The notes under the pieces were generated by a model that saw only the letters and a program-made list of their open reading frames with translations, was not told the DNA's origin and did no database searches. 64,000 nucleotides of DNA from Rhizomicrobium sp. (GTDB lineage: Bacteria > Pseudomonadota > Alphaproteobacteria > Micropepsales > Micropepsaceae). The number at the start of each line of letters is the position of its first letter. The first letter of the stretch is position 1. Made by a program: the position numbers and the translations under genes. The stretch spans positions 720-64,719 of the forward strand of contig DATKEP010000064.1 in the NCBI GenBank assembly GCA_035512055.1, in the 5' to 3' direction. Positions 48,006 to 56,752 of the stretch are shown one piece after another.

Positions 48006-48197
48006 ATGGACCTCGACGATCTTCAACCGCGCAAAAAGCTGCCGGACATCGTGCTTGGCGAAGACATCGGCGCGCTTTCCGCCCACGAGTTGGAAGCGCG
48101 CATCAAGCGCCTGGAACAGGAAATCGCGCGCTGCCGCGAGGCCATCGGCGCGCGCCAGGCCACAAAGTCTGCGGCTGAAAACTTCTTTAAGAAGTGA
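48006..48197 (+). CDS. DUF1192 family protein
   Basis: GEDIGALSAHELEARIKRLEQEIAR...KSAAENFFK. Confidence 0.9.
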   Translation: MDLDDLQPRKKLPDIVLGEDIGALSAHELEARIKRLEQEIARCREAIGARQATKSAAENFFKK

Positions 48198-48340
48198 GAT
48201 TTCCCAATCCCGACGTGACCTTAAACGTTAATACGCACAGTGGAATACACCTTAATCGGCGCTTCTGGCGCCGTTTACCAACCAACCCGCTTCCCGGTTC
48301 GTGCGCGTCTTGATAGCGTCATGGGGCAAGCGGGGACGAA

Positions 48341-48841
48341 ATGCTCAACGACCAGCAGAACCAGGCCGACAGCGCGCAGGCCTTCACGGACTCCATCATG
48401 TTCGACAAAACATTCGATGAGGGTATGGCGTTGGTGGAAGAGACCGCGCGCTATCTCGATGGCAAGGGCCGCGCGGAAGCCCGTGCGCTGCCCCGAAAAG
48501 CCGCAATGCTCTACGCCGGGGAAAGCATGCGCATCACCACCCGCCTGATGCAGGCCGCAAGCTGGCTACTGGTGCAGCGTGCGGTGCGCGATGGCGACAT
48601 GGCGCGGGCTGAAGCGCTCAACGATCGCTACCGGCTGGGCAGCCGTGAAATCTGCCTGGGGTCTTGCGCCGAGGACGTTTCGCCCTTGCCGGTCGAGCTC
48701 AAGGATCTTCTGGTGCGCAGCGACAACCTCTATCGCCGTATCGCCCGGCTAGACGATGTTCTGTTCGGCGAGGGCGTGGTGCCGCCAATGGGTGCGCGTG
48801 CCCAAATAGATGCATTGGCGCAAGCTTTCGGGGCAAAATGA
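48341..48841 (+). CDS. rcdA: Regulator of CtrA degradation RcdA (DUF1465)
   Basis: FDEGMALVEETARYLDGKGR, YAGESMRITTRLMQAASWLL. Confidence 0.92.
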   Translation: MLNDQQNQADSAQAFTDSIMFDKTFDEGMALVEETARYLDGKGRAEARALPRKAAMLYAGESMRITTRLMQAASWLLVQRAVRDGDMARAEALNDRYRLGSREICLGSCAEDVSPLPVELKDLLVRSDNLYRRIARLDDVLFGEGVVPPMGARAQIDALAQAFGAK

Positions 48842-48888
48842 ATGGATGGCGCGCATAGGCTGTCGCCATGCACCAAGGCCGGCCACAA

Positions 48889-48921
48889 GCAAAACGCCGC
48901 CGGGATAAGGCGGCGTTTTGC
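48889..48921. terminator. Bidirectional terminator between rcdA and rpmE
   Basis: gcaaaacgccgcc / ggcggcgttttgc perfect 13-bp inverted repeat. Confidence 0.75.
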
Positions 48922-48939
48922 TATTCGGTGAAATTCCGC

Positions 48940-49164
48940 TCAGGACTTTACGAAGTCGGCAAACTTCTTGTTGAAGCGCGTCAGGCGTCCGCCGCGGTCC
49001 ATCAGCTGCTGCTGACCGCCGGTCCAGGCCGGGTGGGTGGAGGGATCGATGTCGAGTGTTACCTTCTGGCCCGCCGTGCCGTAGGTGGTGCGCGTGCGGT
49101 AGGTGGTGCCGTCGTTCAGCTGAACGTCGACAAAGTGATAGTCGGGGTGAATGCCCTTTTTCAT
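48940..49164 (-). CDS. rpmE: 50S ribosomal protein L31
   Basis: [10 protein letters not shown]...[14 protein letters not shown]...RLTRFNKKF. Confidence 0.97.
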   Translation of the reverse strand: MKKGIHPDYHFVDVQLNDGTTYRTRTTYGTAGQKVTLDIDPSTHPAWTGGQQQLMDRGGRLTRFNKKFADFVKS

Positions 49165-49327
49165 GGACAGCGGAACCTTTCGTGGCAGGCGGCCCATTCC
49201 GACGGGCACGCGGGGCAGCCGGGGCTTATACGGGAGGGTCCAGATCAAGGCAACAGGTCGCCGAAGCAACAGGCCCATGACATTGGCCCGTTCCGGCCTA
49301 TATAAGCCCTAACCTGTTAACGAGGCA

Positions 49328-51148
49328 GTGCTTTTGGCAAGGGGCGACACCAGTTTCACCACCGAGACCGCCCGGGTCGCGGCGGGCCGGCCCAAAAGCC
49401 GGTCCCTGGCGCCGCTCAGGGGGGTGCTGCCGTTCCTGAGGCCCTATCGGGGGCGGATCATCGTGGCCTGCCTGGCCCTGGTGGCCTCCTCCTCAGCCAC
49501 GCTTGTGCTGCCTCTGTTCATGGGCCGCCTGGTGGATGCGCGCGGACTGTCCGCCGCCCAGGCCCATGCCCTGACCGGCTTCTATTCCGCCTTCATCATT
49601 GCCGCTGCCGTGCTGGGAGCGGCCTCGGCCACCCGCTTCTACGCCGTCACCTGGTTGGGCGAGCGTGTGGTGGCCGACATCCGCAAGGCGGTGTTCGACA
49701 ATGTGCTGAGCCTGTCGCCCCAGTTCTTCGAAACCACGCGCACCGGCGAGGTGCTGTCGCGCATGACCGCCGACACCACCCTGATCCAGACCGTGATCGG
49801 GTCATCGGCGTCGCTGGCCATGCGCAACCTGGTCAACATGACCGGCGGATTGATTCTGATGTTCGTCACCAGTTTCCGATTGGCCTTGCTGGTGGTGGGT
49901 GCGGTGGTGATCGTGCTTCTGCCCATCCTGGTGTTCGGCAGGTGGGTGAGAAGGCTTTCCCGCCAGAGCCAGGATTCCATTGCCGAAACCGCCGCGCGCG
50001 GCACCGAGACCCTCAATGCCGTGCCAACGGTGCAGGCCTTCACCCAGGAAAATTTCGAACGCCGCGCCTTTGGCGATGCGGTGGAGCGCGCCTTTGGATT
50101 TGCGCGTGACCGCACCCGGGCGCGTGCCGTCCTGACGGCGGTTGCCATCTTCACGGCCTTCTCCAGCCTGGCTACGGTGCTGCTGGTCGGTCTGCACGAT
50201 GTCATCGGCGGCCAGATGAGCGGCGGCCAACTGGTCGAATTCATTATCTTCGGCTTTCTGGTGGGCGGCGGCGTGGGCTCGCTGTCCGAAGTGTGGGGCG
50301 ATCTGCAGCGGGCCGCAGGCGCCACCGAAAGACTGATGGAACTGCTGCATGAATTGCCGGCGATCCGTGCGCCGGCTCGCCCCCTCGCATTACCGGCAAA
50401 CCCTGCGGGCTCCGTCCGCTTTGAGAACGTCACGTTCCGTTATCCGTCGCGGCCCGAATTCAAGGCGCTCAACAACTTCTCGCTGGAAGTGCCCGGGGGA
50501 GAAGCGGTGGCGCTTGTGGGCCCCAGCGGCGCGGGCAAATCGACGGTATTTCAGTTGATGCTGCGCTTCTTCGAGGCCCAGTCCGGTCGGATTCGCTTTG
50601 ACGGCGCCGATATCACCCAACTCGATCCCACGGCTCTGCGCCGCAATATCGCGGTGGTGGCGCAGGAGCCGGTGATCTTCTCCGGCAGCATCGCCGCCAA
50701 TATCCGCTATGGCCGGGAGGATGCGACGGATGCAGAGGTGCGCGCTGCCGCGCGGGCAGCCGCCGCCAGCGAATTCATCGAAAAGCTGCCTCAGGGTTTT
50801 GAAACGGTGGTGGGCGAACGCGGCATGACCCTGTCGGGCGGTGAGCGCCAGCGGCTGGCCATCGCCCGCGCCATCCTGCGCGACGCGCCGCTCCTGCTGC
50901 TGGATGAAGCCACCAGCGCGCTGGACGCGGAAAATGAGCGGCTGGTGCAGACCGCCCTTTCCAATCTGATGGTGGGCCGCACCACATTGGTGATCGCGCA
51001 CCGTTTCTCCACCATTCAGCGCCTCAAGCGAATTGTGGTGATGGATGAGGGACGTGTGGTGGCCCAAGGAAATCATGCCGAATTGATGGCGGGTGGCGGA
51101 CTTTATGCCCGCCTTGCCTCCCTGCAATTCGCGGACACCACGGCATGA
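49328..51148 (+). CDS. ABC exporter, fused TMD + NBD (MsbA-like)
   Basis: GERVVADIR, GPSGAGKS, LSGGERQRLAIAR, LLLDEATSALD, IAHR. Confidence 0.95.
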   Translation: MLLARGDTSFTTETARVAAGRPKSRSLAPLRGVLPFLRPYRGRIIVACLALVASSSATLVLPLFMGRLVDARGLSAAQAHALTGFYSAFIIAAAVLGAASATRFYAVTWLGERVVADIRKAVFDNVLSLSPQFFETTRTGEVLSRMTADTTLIQTVIGSSASLAMRNLVNMTGGLILMFVTSFRLALLVVGAVVIVLLPILVFGRWVRRLSRQSQDSIAETAARGTETLNAVPTVQAFTQENFERRAFGDAVERAFGFARDRTRARAVLTAVAIFTAFSSLATVLLVGLHDVIGGQMSGGQLVEFIIFGFLVGGGVGSLSEVWGDLQRAAGATERLMELLHELPAIRAPARPLALPANPAGSVRFENVTFRYPSRPEFKALNNFSLEVPGGEAVALVGPSGAGKSTVFQLMLRFFEAQSGRIRFDGADITQLDPTALRRNIAVVAQEPVIFSGSIAANIRYGREDATDAEVRAAARAAAASEFIEKLPQGFETVVGERGMTLSGGERQRLAIARAILRDAPLLLLDEATSALDAENERLVQTALSNLMVGRTTLVIAHRFSTIQRLKRIVVMDEGRVVAQGNHAELMAGGGLYARLASLQFADTTA

Positions 51149-52206
51149 ACCGGCGGCTCAGGTCCCGGCGCGGCCTGATGATCATGGCCGGAGTCGCGGT
51201 GATCGTCTTTGTCGGCCGCATCCTGTGGGCGAATGGCCTGTTCTCCAGCGCGCCCACCGCCTTTTTCGGGACCTGCATGATCGAGGGCCCTTTGCCGGGC
51301 GTGGAAGACATCGAAAGCGCCAATGGCGTGACGTTTGTTTCGGTAGCCAGCACGCGCGAGCCTGATGTCCGCGACGGCATTTATGTGCTTTCGGACAGCG
51401 GCGGCCTGACACGCCTTTCCGGCGCCCCCAAAGACTTTCACCCCCGCGGCATCGGCATCTATCGCTCGCCGGACGGGACGGGCATTTTCCTGTTGGCGGT
51501 GAACCGGCATGCCCAAACGGTCAACGGAATGGCCCGCTTCAGCATCGACAGTTTCGAGGTCACCAATCCCAAGACAGGCCCCGCCCTGGTGGCGCAGGGC
51601 ACCATCGAAGGCGGCCTCTTGACCGATCCGCAGGATGTGGCGCCAGCGGGGCCGGGCGCCTTCTATGTCAGCAATGGCACGGGCGGGCCCGACATTGTCC
51701 GGTCGCTGGCCGCTTATGGCGTGCTGCCCGGTTCCAATATCCTTTATTTCAATGGCATGGCCTTCCGGGTCGCGGCCGACGGTCTTTATGGCGCGCGCGG
51801 ACTGATATTGACGCCGGATGGGGGGCACCTATTGGTGGCCAGCCTGACCAGCCGCAGCATCAAGTCGCTCGCCCGCGAGCCTTTCTCCGGCAATCTGACA
51901 GAGGCGGACTCGCTCACGCTTCCCGCGGCACCCGAAAAAATCACCCTAGATTCCACAGGTGAGATCTGGGCCGCCGGCCATGCCAGTCTTTTCAGCTTGC
52001 GCGATTTTGCGGAAGACGCCGGCAGGCGCGCGCCATCCCAGGTCTTCCGCATCAGCCTGACAAGTGGTGTGCCGCAACAAGCCGAGCAGGTTTATGGAAA
52101 TGACGGAAGCCAGATCGCCGGAGCCAGCGTCGCCGCTCTTGCCGGCAAGCAGCTCCTGATCGGTTCCAGCTTGGATCGGAAGCTTTTGGCCTGTCCGCAA
52201 AAATAA
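51145..52206 (+). CDS. Paraoxonase / strictosidine-synthase-like beta-propeller (SMP-30/arylesterase superfamily)
   Basis: N-terminal anchor, GVEDIE, FHPRGI, FYVSN, ILTPDG, APEKI; ATGA-coupled to the ABC exporter. Confidence 0.72.
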   Translation: MNRRLRSRRGLMIMAGVAVIVFVGRILWANGLFSSAPTAFFGTCMIEGPLPGVEDIESANGVTFVSVASTREPDVRDGIYVLSDSGGLTRLSGAPKDFHPRGIGIYRSPDGTGIFLLAVNRHAQTVNGMARFSIDSFEVTNPKTGPALVAQGTIEGGLLTDPQDVAPAGPGAFYVSNGTGGPDIVRSLAAYGVLPGSNILYFNGMAFRVAADGLYGARGLILTPDGGHLLVASLTSRSIKSLAREPFSGNLTEADSLTLPAAPEKITLDSTGEIWAAGHASLFSLRDFAEDAGRRAPSQVFRISLTSGVPQQAEQVYGNDGSQIAGASVAALAGKQLLIGSSLDRKLLACPQK

Positions 52207-52235
52207 AAGGACCATCCGATGGATGGCCCTTTTAT
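52203..52235. terminator. Probable bidirectional terminator between the propeller gene and ctrA
   Basis: ataaaagg-accatcc / ggatgg-cccttttat. Confidence 0.6.
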
Positions 52236-52255
52236 GAACGCCCCGTTGGAACGGG

Positions 52256-52957
52256 TTACGCTACTTGAACAATTTCGTCGCTGTTGGGATCGCGCAGTAC
52301 ATAGCCGCGGCCCCACACGGTTTCGATATAATTGGCGCCTTCGGTGGCCGCCGCCAGCTTCTTGCGCAGCTTGCAGATGAAGACGTCGATGATCTTCAAC
52401 TCCGGCTCGTCCATGCCGCCATAAAGGTGATTGAGGAACATTTCCTTGGTCAGGGTGGTGCCCTTGCGAAGGCTGAGCAGCTCCAGCATCTGATATTCCT
52501 TGCCGGTCAGATGCACGCGCTGGCCGTCCACTTCCACGGTCTTGGCGTCGAGATTGACGGTAAGCTTGCCGGTGGTAATGACCGACTGGCTGTGGCCCTT
52601 GGAGCGGCGCACGACAGCCTGGATGCGGGCGACCAGCTCGTCCTTGTGGAACGGCTTGGTCATATAGTCGTCGGCACCGAAGCCGAGCGCCTTGACCTTG
52701 GCCTCGACGATCGCATTGCCCGACAGGATCAGGACCGGCGTCTGCACCTTGGCGACTCGGAGTGCCTTCAACACTTCAAAGCCGCTCATATCGGGCAGCT
52801 GCAAGTCCAGCACGATAATGTCGTAATCGTAAAGTTTACCCAGATCGATCCCTTCTTCGCCGAGGTCGGTGGTGTAAACGTTAAGACCTTCGCTGCGAAG
52901 CATCAGCTCAATGCTGCGCGCCATAGCGCTGTCATCTTCGATCAGGAGTACGCGCAT
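52256..52957 (-). CDS. ctrA: Cell-cycle master response regulator CtrA
   Basis: MRVLLIEDD...[20 protein letters not shown]...[25 protein letters not shown]...ETVWGRGY. Confidence 0.98.
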   Translation of the reverse strand: MRVLLIEDDSAMARSIELMLRSEGLNVYTTDLGEEGIDLGKLYDYDIIVLDLQLPDMSGFEVLKALRVAKVQTPVLILSGNAIVEAKVKALGFGADDYMTKPFHKDELVARIQAVVRRSKGHSQSVITTGKLTVNLDAKTVEVDGQRVHLTGKEYQMLELLSLRKGTTLTKEMFLNHLYGGMDEPELKIIDVFICKLRKKLAAATEGANYIETVWGRGYVLRDPNSDEIVQVA

Positions 52958-53041
52958 TCGATGCCCCTCTCTTAACATTCGCGATCGACGCCACACCGTG
53001 TGGCAACGGTTAATCGGTTTCCGGACGGTAAGCGCAAATAG

Positions 53042-53108
53042 TTAACAGCTACTTTAACAAGTCGGGTCGGCTTTAGTCCTTCCTCACCCCGGATTAAGGC
53101 CGGGGTAA
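53042..53108. promoter_or_regulatory. Near-consensus CtrA sites in the ctrA/fliI divergent promoter
   Basis: TTAA-N8-TTAA (53042-53057) and TTAA-N7-GTAA (53094-53108); extra TTAAC half-sites. Confidence 0.55.
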
Positions 53109-53252
53109 GGGTGATTCCCAGGCTAAGGGGCTTGATTCAGTTTGTTAAGTTTACCGCCGTTTAAATTCTTGGCCCCAAAATGGCCGGCAGGTGGAGATGA
53201 AAATCTCCAAAAATTCAGCTTTCGGGCGAAAAATCGCCCAATGAGACAGGTC

Positions 53253-54584
53253 ATGCACGCCCTGATCAAGGATATCGAGGCCGTTCCAACCCTCTGCCGG
53301 TTTGGCCGGGTCGCCCGAATCGAGGGGTTGGCGGTGGAAATCACGGGCGCCCAGGGTGCGGTGAGTCTGGGGGCGCAATGCCGCATAACCGTCGGAAATA
53401 ACAAGAAAATCCCTTGCGAAGTTGTGGGGTTCCGCGACGGCCGGGCCTTGGTCATGCCACTGGGTTCGTTGGATGGAATCACGCTTGGGGCAAGGGCCGA
53501 TTTTGAAGACCGGGCGGCGGAGATATTTCCCTGCAGGGCTTGGCTGGGACGCGTCATTGACGGCTTCGGTTTGCCCTTGGACGGCAAAGGCCCGCTCGTC
53601 CAGGGCAGGGTCGCCTATTCGATCAAAGCTGCACCGCCTCCCGCCACACTGCGTGGCCGTGTCGGCAAAAAGCTGGATCTCGGCATTCGTGCCTTGAACA
53701 GCTTCGTCACCTGCTGCGCCGGCCAGCGCATGGGCATCTTTTCGGGTTCCGGTATCGGTAAATCCACTCTGCTTTCCATGCTGGCGCGCAATTCCAATGC
53801 CGATGCCATCGTATTCGGGCTGATCGGCGAACGCGGCCGCGAAGTGAAGGAATTCATCGAGGACGATCTGGGCGAAGAAGGCCTGGCACGTTCAGTGGTG
53901 GTTGCCGCCACGTCCGACGAAGCGCCGCTGGTGCGCCGCCAGGCCGCCTATGTCGCGATGACGGTGGCGGAACAGTTGCGCGACAGCGGGCTGAATGTGC
54001 TGCTGCTGATGGATTCGGTCACGCGGTTTGCCATGGCGCAACGCGAGATCGGCCTGTCGGCGGGGGAACCGCCGGCCAGCAAGGGTTACACACCCACCGT
54101 TTTCGCCGAGCTGCCCAGGCTTCTGGAACGTGCCGGACCGGGACCGGCTGGCTGTGGCACCATCACCGGCCTGTTCACCGTGCTGGTGGAAGGCGATGAC
54201 CATAATGAACCAGTGGCGGACGCCGTTCGCGCCATCCTGGACGGTCATATCGTTTTGGAACGTGCCATTGCGGAACGCGGGCGGTTTCCAGCCATCAACA
54301 TCCTTAAGAGCGTCAGCCGCTCCATGCCCGGCTGCAACAGCGAGGCAGAGCAAAGGCTGGTTTTACAGGCCCGGCAACCCCTGACCCTTTACGAAGACAT
54401 GGCCGAACTGATCCGGCTGGGCGCCTACAAGGCTGGCACGAATCCTGAAGTGGACGAAGCCATGAGGCTTTACCCGCACCTCGAGACCTTTTTGGCACAG
54501 TCCAAGGACGAGCGCGCGACGTTGAGCCAGGGCTATGACGCGCTGTCCACGATCATGGGTTCAGCGCCAGGGAGTGCGCAATGA
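53253..54584 (+). CDS. fliI: Flagellar export ATPase FliI
   Basis: GQRMGIFSGSGIGKS, GERGREV, DSVTRFA, GEPPASKGY, ILDGHIVL; start uncertain (53241 or 53253). Confidence 0.96.
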   Translation: MHALIKDIEAVPTLCRFGRVARIEGLAVEITGAQGAVSLGAQCRITVGNNKKIPCEVVGFRDGRALVMPLGSLDGITLGARADFEDRAAEIFPCRAWLGRVIDGFGLPLDGKGPLVQGRVAYSIKAAPPPATLRGRVGKKLDLGIRALNSFVTCCAGQRMGIFSGSGIGKSTLLSMLARNSNADAIVFGLIGERGREVKEFIEDDLGEEGLARSVVVAATSDEAPLVRRQAAYVAMTVAEQLRDSGLNVLLLMDSVTRFAMAQREIGLSAGEPPASKGYTPTVFAELPRLLERAGPGPAGCGTITGLFTVLVEGDDHNEPVADAVRAILDGHIVLERAIAERGRFPAINILKSVSRSMPGCNSEAEQRLVLQARQPLTLYEDMAELIRLGAYKAGTNPEVDEAMRLYPHLETFLAQSKDERATLSQGYDALSTIMGSAPGSAQ

Positions 54585-55009
54585 ACCGGACCGATACACT
54601 GCTTCGCCTGAAACGCTTCCGGGTCGACGAGATGAAACGCCGTATCGCTTCGATCGAGGCCATGAAGACCGATCTGGAGCGCAAGCTGACCGACCTGGAC
54701 GACAATGTCGCCCGCGAAAAGCAGCGCGCCGGCGACTCCGACATCGGGCGCCTTGCCTTCCCCTCCTTCCTGCGCTCGATCGAGGCACGCCGCGAAAATC
54801 TGCGCACCACGCTCAAGGAAATCGAGCGGGAGCATGCCGCCGCGCACAGCGACCTTAGGGATGCCTTCCATGACCTCAAGTCGCTGGAAATTGCCACCGA
54901 ACAGCAGGCCAAACGGCTGGCGGAAATGCAGGCCCGCCGCGCCCAGGCACGCCTGGACGAGATGGCCCTTGTCAGACATCTGCGCAAGCACACGCTGCGC
55001 TCTGCCTGA
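54581..55009 (+). CDS. fliJ: Flagellar export protein FliJ
   Basis: TLLRLKRFRVDE..., coiled coil, LDE near the C-terminus; coupled to fliI. Confidence 0.88.
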   Translation: MNRTDTLLRLKRFRVDEMKRRIASIEAMKTDLERKLTDLDDNVAREKQRAGDSDIGRLAFPSFLRSIEARRENLRTTLKEIEREHAAAHSDLRDAFHDLKSLEIATEQQAKRLAEMQARRAQARLDEMALVRHLRKHTLRSA

Positions 55010-55088
55010 CGCCAATCCCGACTTTTGTCGGGACGCAGGCGCGTTCTGGAAAGCTTTGCCGAAATCCCCCGGCGCCCCGAAGAGCAGG

Positions 55089-55313
55089 CTAAACTACGAA
55101 AGCCAGGATGGCGCAGGCCAGGACCACCAGTCCCAGGGCGCGCAAGATCAGCGCGCTCCAGGACATCATGGGCCTGATACGGCCTTCCCATTCCATGTTG
55201 CGCAGCGCCAATGACTGCTGCCGCTCGAAGCACAGCTGCTCATGCCGGACATCGGCATAGGCGGAAATCGCAATCCCCTTGCCGCGAGGGGCGGATATAC
55301 CAATCGCAGACAT
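55089..55313 (-). CDS. Small hypothetical protein with a C-terminal TM helix (74 aa)
   Basis: GGAGAG RBS before the ATG; C-terminal WSALILRALGLVVLACAILAFVV. Confidence 0.5.
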   Translation of the reverse strand: MSAIGISAPRGKGIAISAYADVRHEQLCFERQQSLALRNMEWEGRIRPMMSWSALILRALGLVVLACAILAFVV

Positions 55314-55520
55314 CTCTCCAGACCTTCAAATCCAAGCCCCCTCGGGTTGCAGTAACGCCGGTGCCGATTTCGCCGTTCCATGGAATTGTGCTGCGCGGCA
55401 CGCACTGTGGCGCAAAAGTCGCAACCGCGTCCGTTTTGGGACGAAATCCGGGTTTGCGCTCCAGTTGAACCGGAAAATCACAGGCCTATGATTCCCAAGG
55501 CTTAAGTCGGGGCTCATGTC

Positions 55521-55946
55521 ATGTCATTTTCCGAGACAATCTCGCCCTTCTTCGGGCGCTGCGCCTTTGTGTGGTTCTATTTGACCAGTGCGCTCGACAT
55601 ATTGGGCAATTGGCACGCCATCGTTGCCGATATGGCCGGCAAGCATGTGCCGATCCCACCGCTTGTGCTGCTGGTGGTGGTGGTCTTCATCCTGATGGGG
55701 TGTCTTTCCCTGCTCTTTGGCTATCACACCCGCCATGGCGCGATACTTCTGTTCGGCATGACCATCATTGCGGCCGTCACCATGCATGACTTCTGGCACT
55801 ATTCGGAGGCCGGCGCGCGCGCCTATCAGTTCGGCATTTTCGCCCGTGACTTTGCGATCTGCGGCGGACTGCTGCTGATGGTCGGAATGGGGCCAGGGCC
55901 ATTTGCCGTCGACAATTCCGGCAAAAAGGGCGGCAAGAAGCACTAG
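55521..55946 (+). CDS. DoxX family membrane protein
   Basis: FFGR, four TM helices, LLFGYHTRHGA, HDFW, FAICGGLL..GPGPFAVD. Confidence 0.88.
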   Translation: MSFSETISPFFGRCAFVWFYLTSALDILGNWHAIVADMAGKHVPIPPLVLLVVVVFILMGCLSLLFGYHTRHGAILLFGMTIIAAVTMHDFWHYSEAGARAYQFGIFARDFAICGGLLLMVGMGPGPFAVDNSGKKGGKKH

Positions 55947-55949
55947 CCC

Positions 55950-56744
55950 TTAGTGAGCGCTGATCTCAAGCAATTGCGCCGCCAGCGCGCCAGGCTCCAG
56001 CATTTCCAGCGCATCTTCGGGGCGGGGGCCATAGGTGACATGGGCAAGCCGCGCCCCAGACAGGCTTGCGGCCAAGACCGCGCCAAGCCGGCGCGTGCGA
56101 TCCAGCCCGGTGACGATCAGCCGGCGAAAACGGAACCGGGTGACGATGTCGGCGACATCCTCGGCATCGTTAAGGGCGGAGACCACGCCGATGGTTTCGA
56201 CGCCCTCAATGTCGCCCAGTGCCGAAAAGGCCGAAGCGGCGCGGGGGTTGAGCGGGTTGAAGCCGTCGGCTTCCATCACCGTCAGCAGCTCGGGCAGATT
56301 GCAGGTCGTATTGTGTTCGCTCCCGCTCTCGCGCACGCTTCTGGTTCTATTGTCGCTCCCGCTCTCGCGGACGCTCCTTCTGCGAAACAGCGCAAGCCCG
56401 TCGGCGCGGGCAAGTTCCGTCTGGCGCCCGATCAGGCGGGCCGAATGCGCGATCTTTGCGGCAACCGCGCTTTTGCCGGAGCCGGCGGGACCAACCAGAA
56501 GGATCCCCCCTGCCTTTTGCAGATCGATGGGAGCAGGTAGCAGCCGCCTTGTCAGCGCCTGGGCCAGCGCCACATCGGCGCCGACATCCGCGAAATTGCT
56601 GCAATCGCGCAGCAGTGCCTGTGCCAGCAGGTCCGGCAGCCGATGGCGCTTCAAGGCGGACCCCAAATGCCGGCGCAGGTCTGCCCGGGGAAATGCGACC
56701 AGATTGCCAGGTGCCGGAGCTGCTGATGTGAGGCCCGGCGCCAT
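55950..56744 (-). CDS. Short, degenerate FlhF-like SRP-family GTPase
   Basis: Directly after flhA; P-loop LVGPAGSGKS, TGLDRT (cf. TKLD), LAHVTYG; lacks an N-terminal B domain. Confidence 0.7.
   Translation of the reverse strand: MAPGLTSAAPAPGNLVAFPRADLRRHLGSALKRHRLPDLLAQALLRDCSNFADVGADVALAQALTRRLLPAPIDLQKAGGILLVGPAGSGKSAVAAKIAHSARLIGRQTELARADGLALFRRRSVRESGSDNRTRSVRESGSEHNTTCNLPELLTVMEADGFNPLNPRAASAFSALGDIEGVETIGVVSALNDAEDVADIVTRFRFRRLIVTGLDRTRRLGAVLAASLSGARLAHVTYGPRPEDALEMLEPGALAAQLLEISAH
56317..56375 (-). repeat. In-frame 36-bp-period duplication inside the flhF-like gene
   Basis: tcgctcccgctctcgcg(c/g)acgct at 56317-56339 and 56353-56375, encoding SVRESGSDNRTR / SVRESGSEHN. Confidence 0.85.
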
Positions 56745-56752
56745 GGCGGCCC

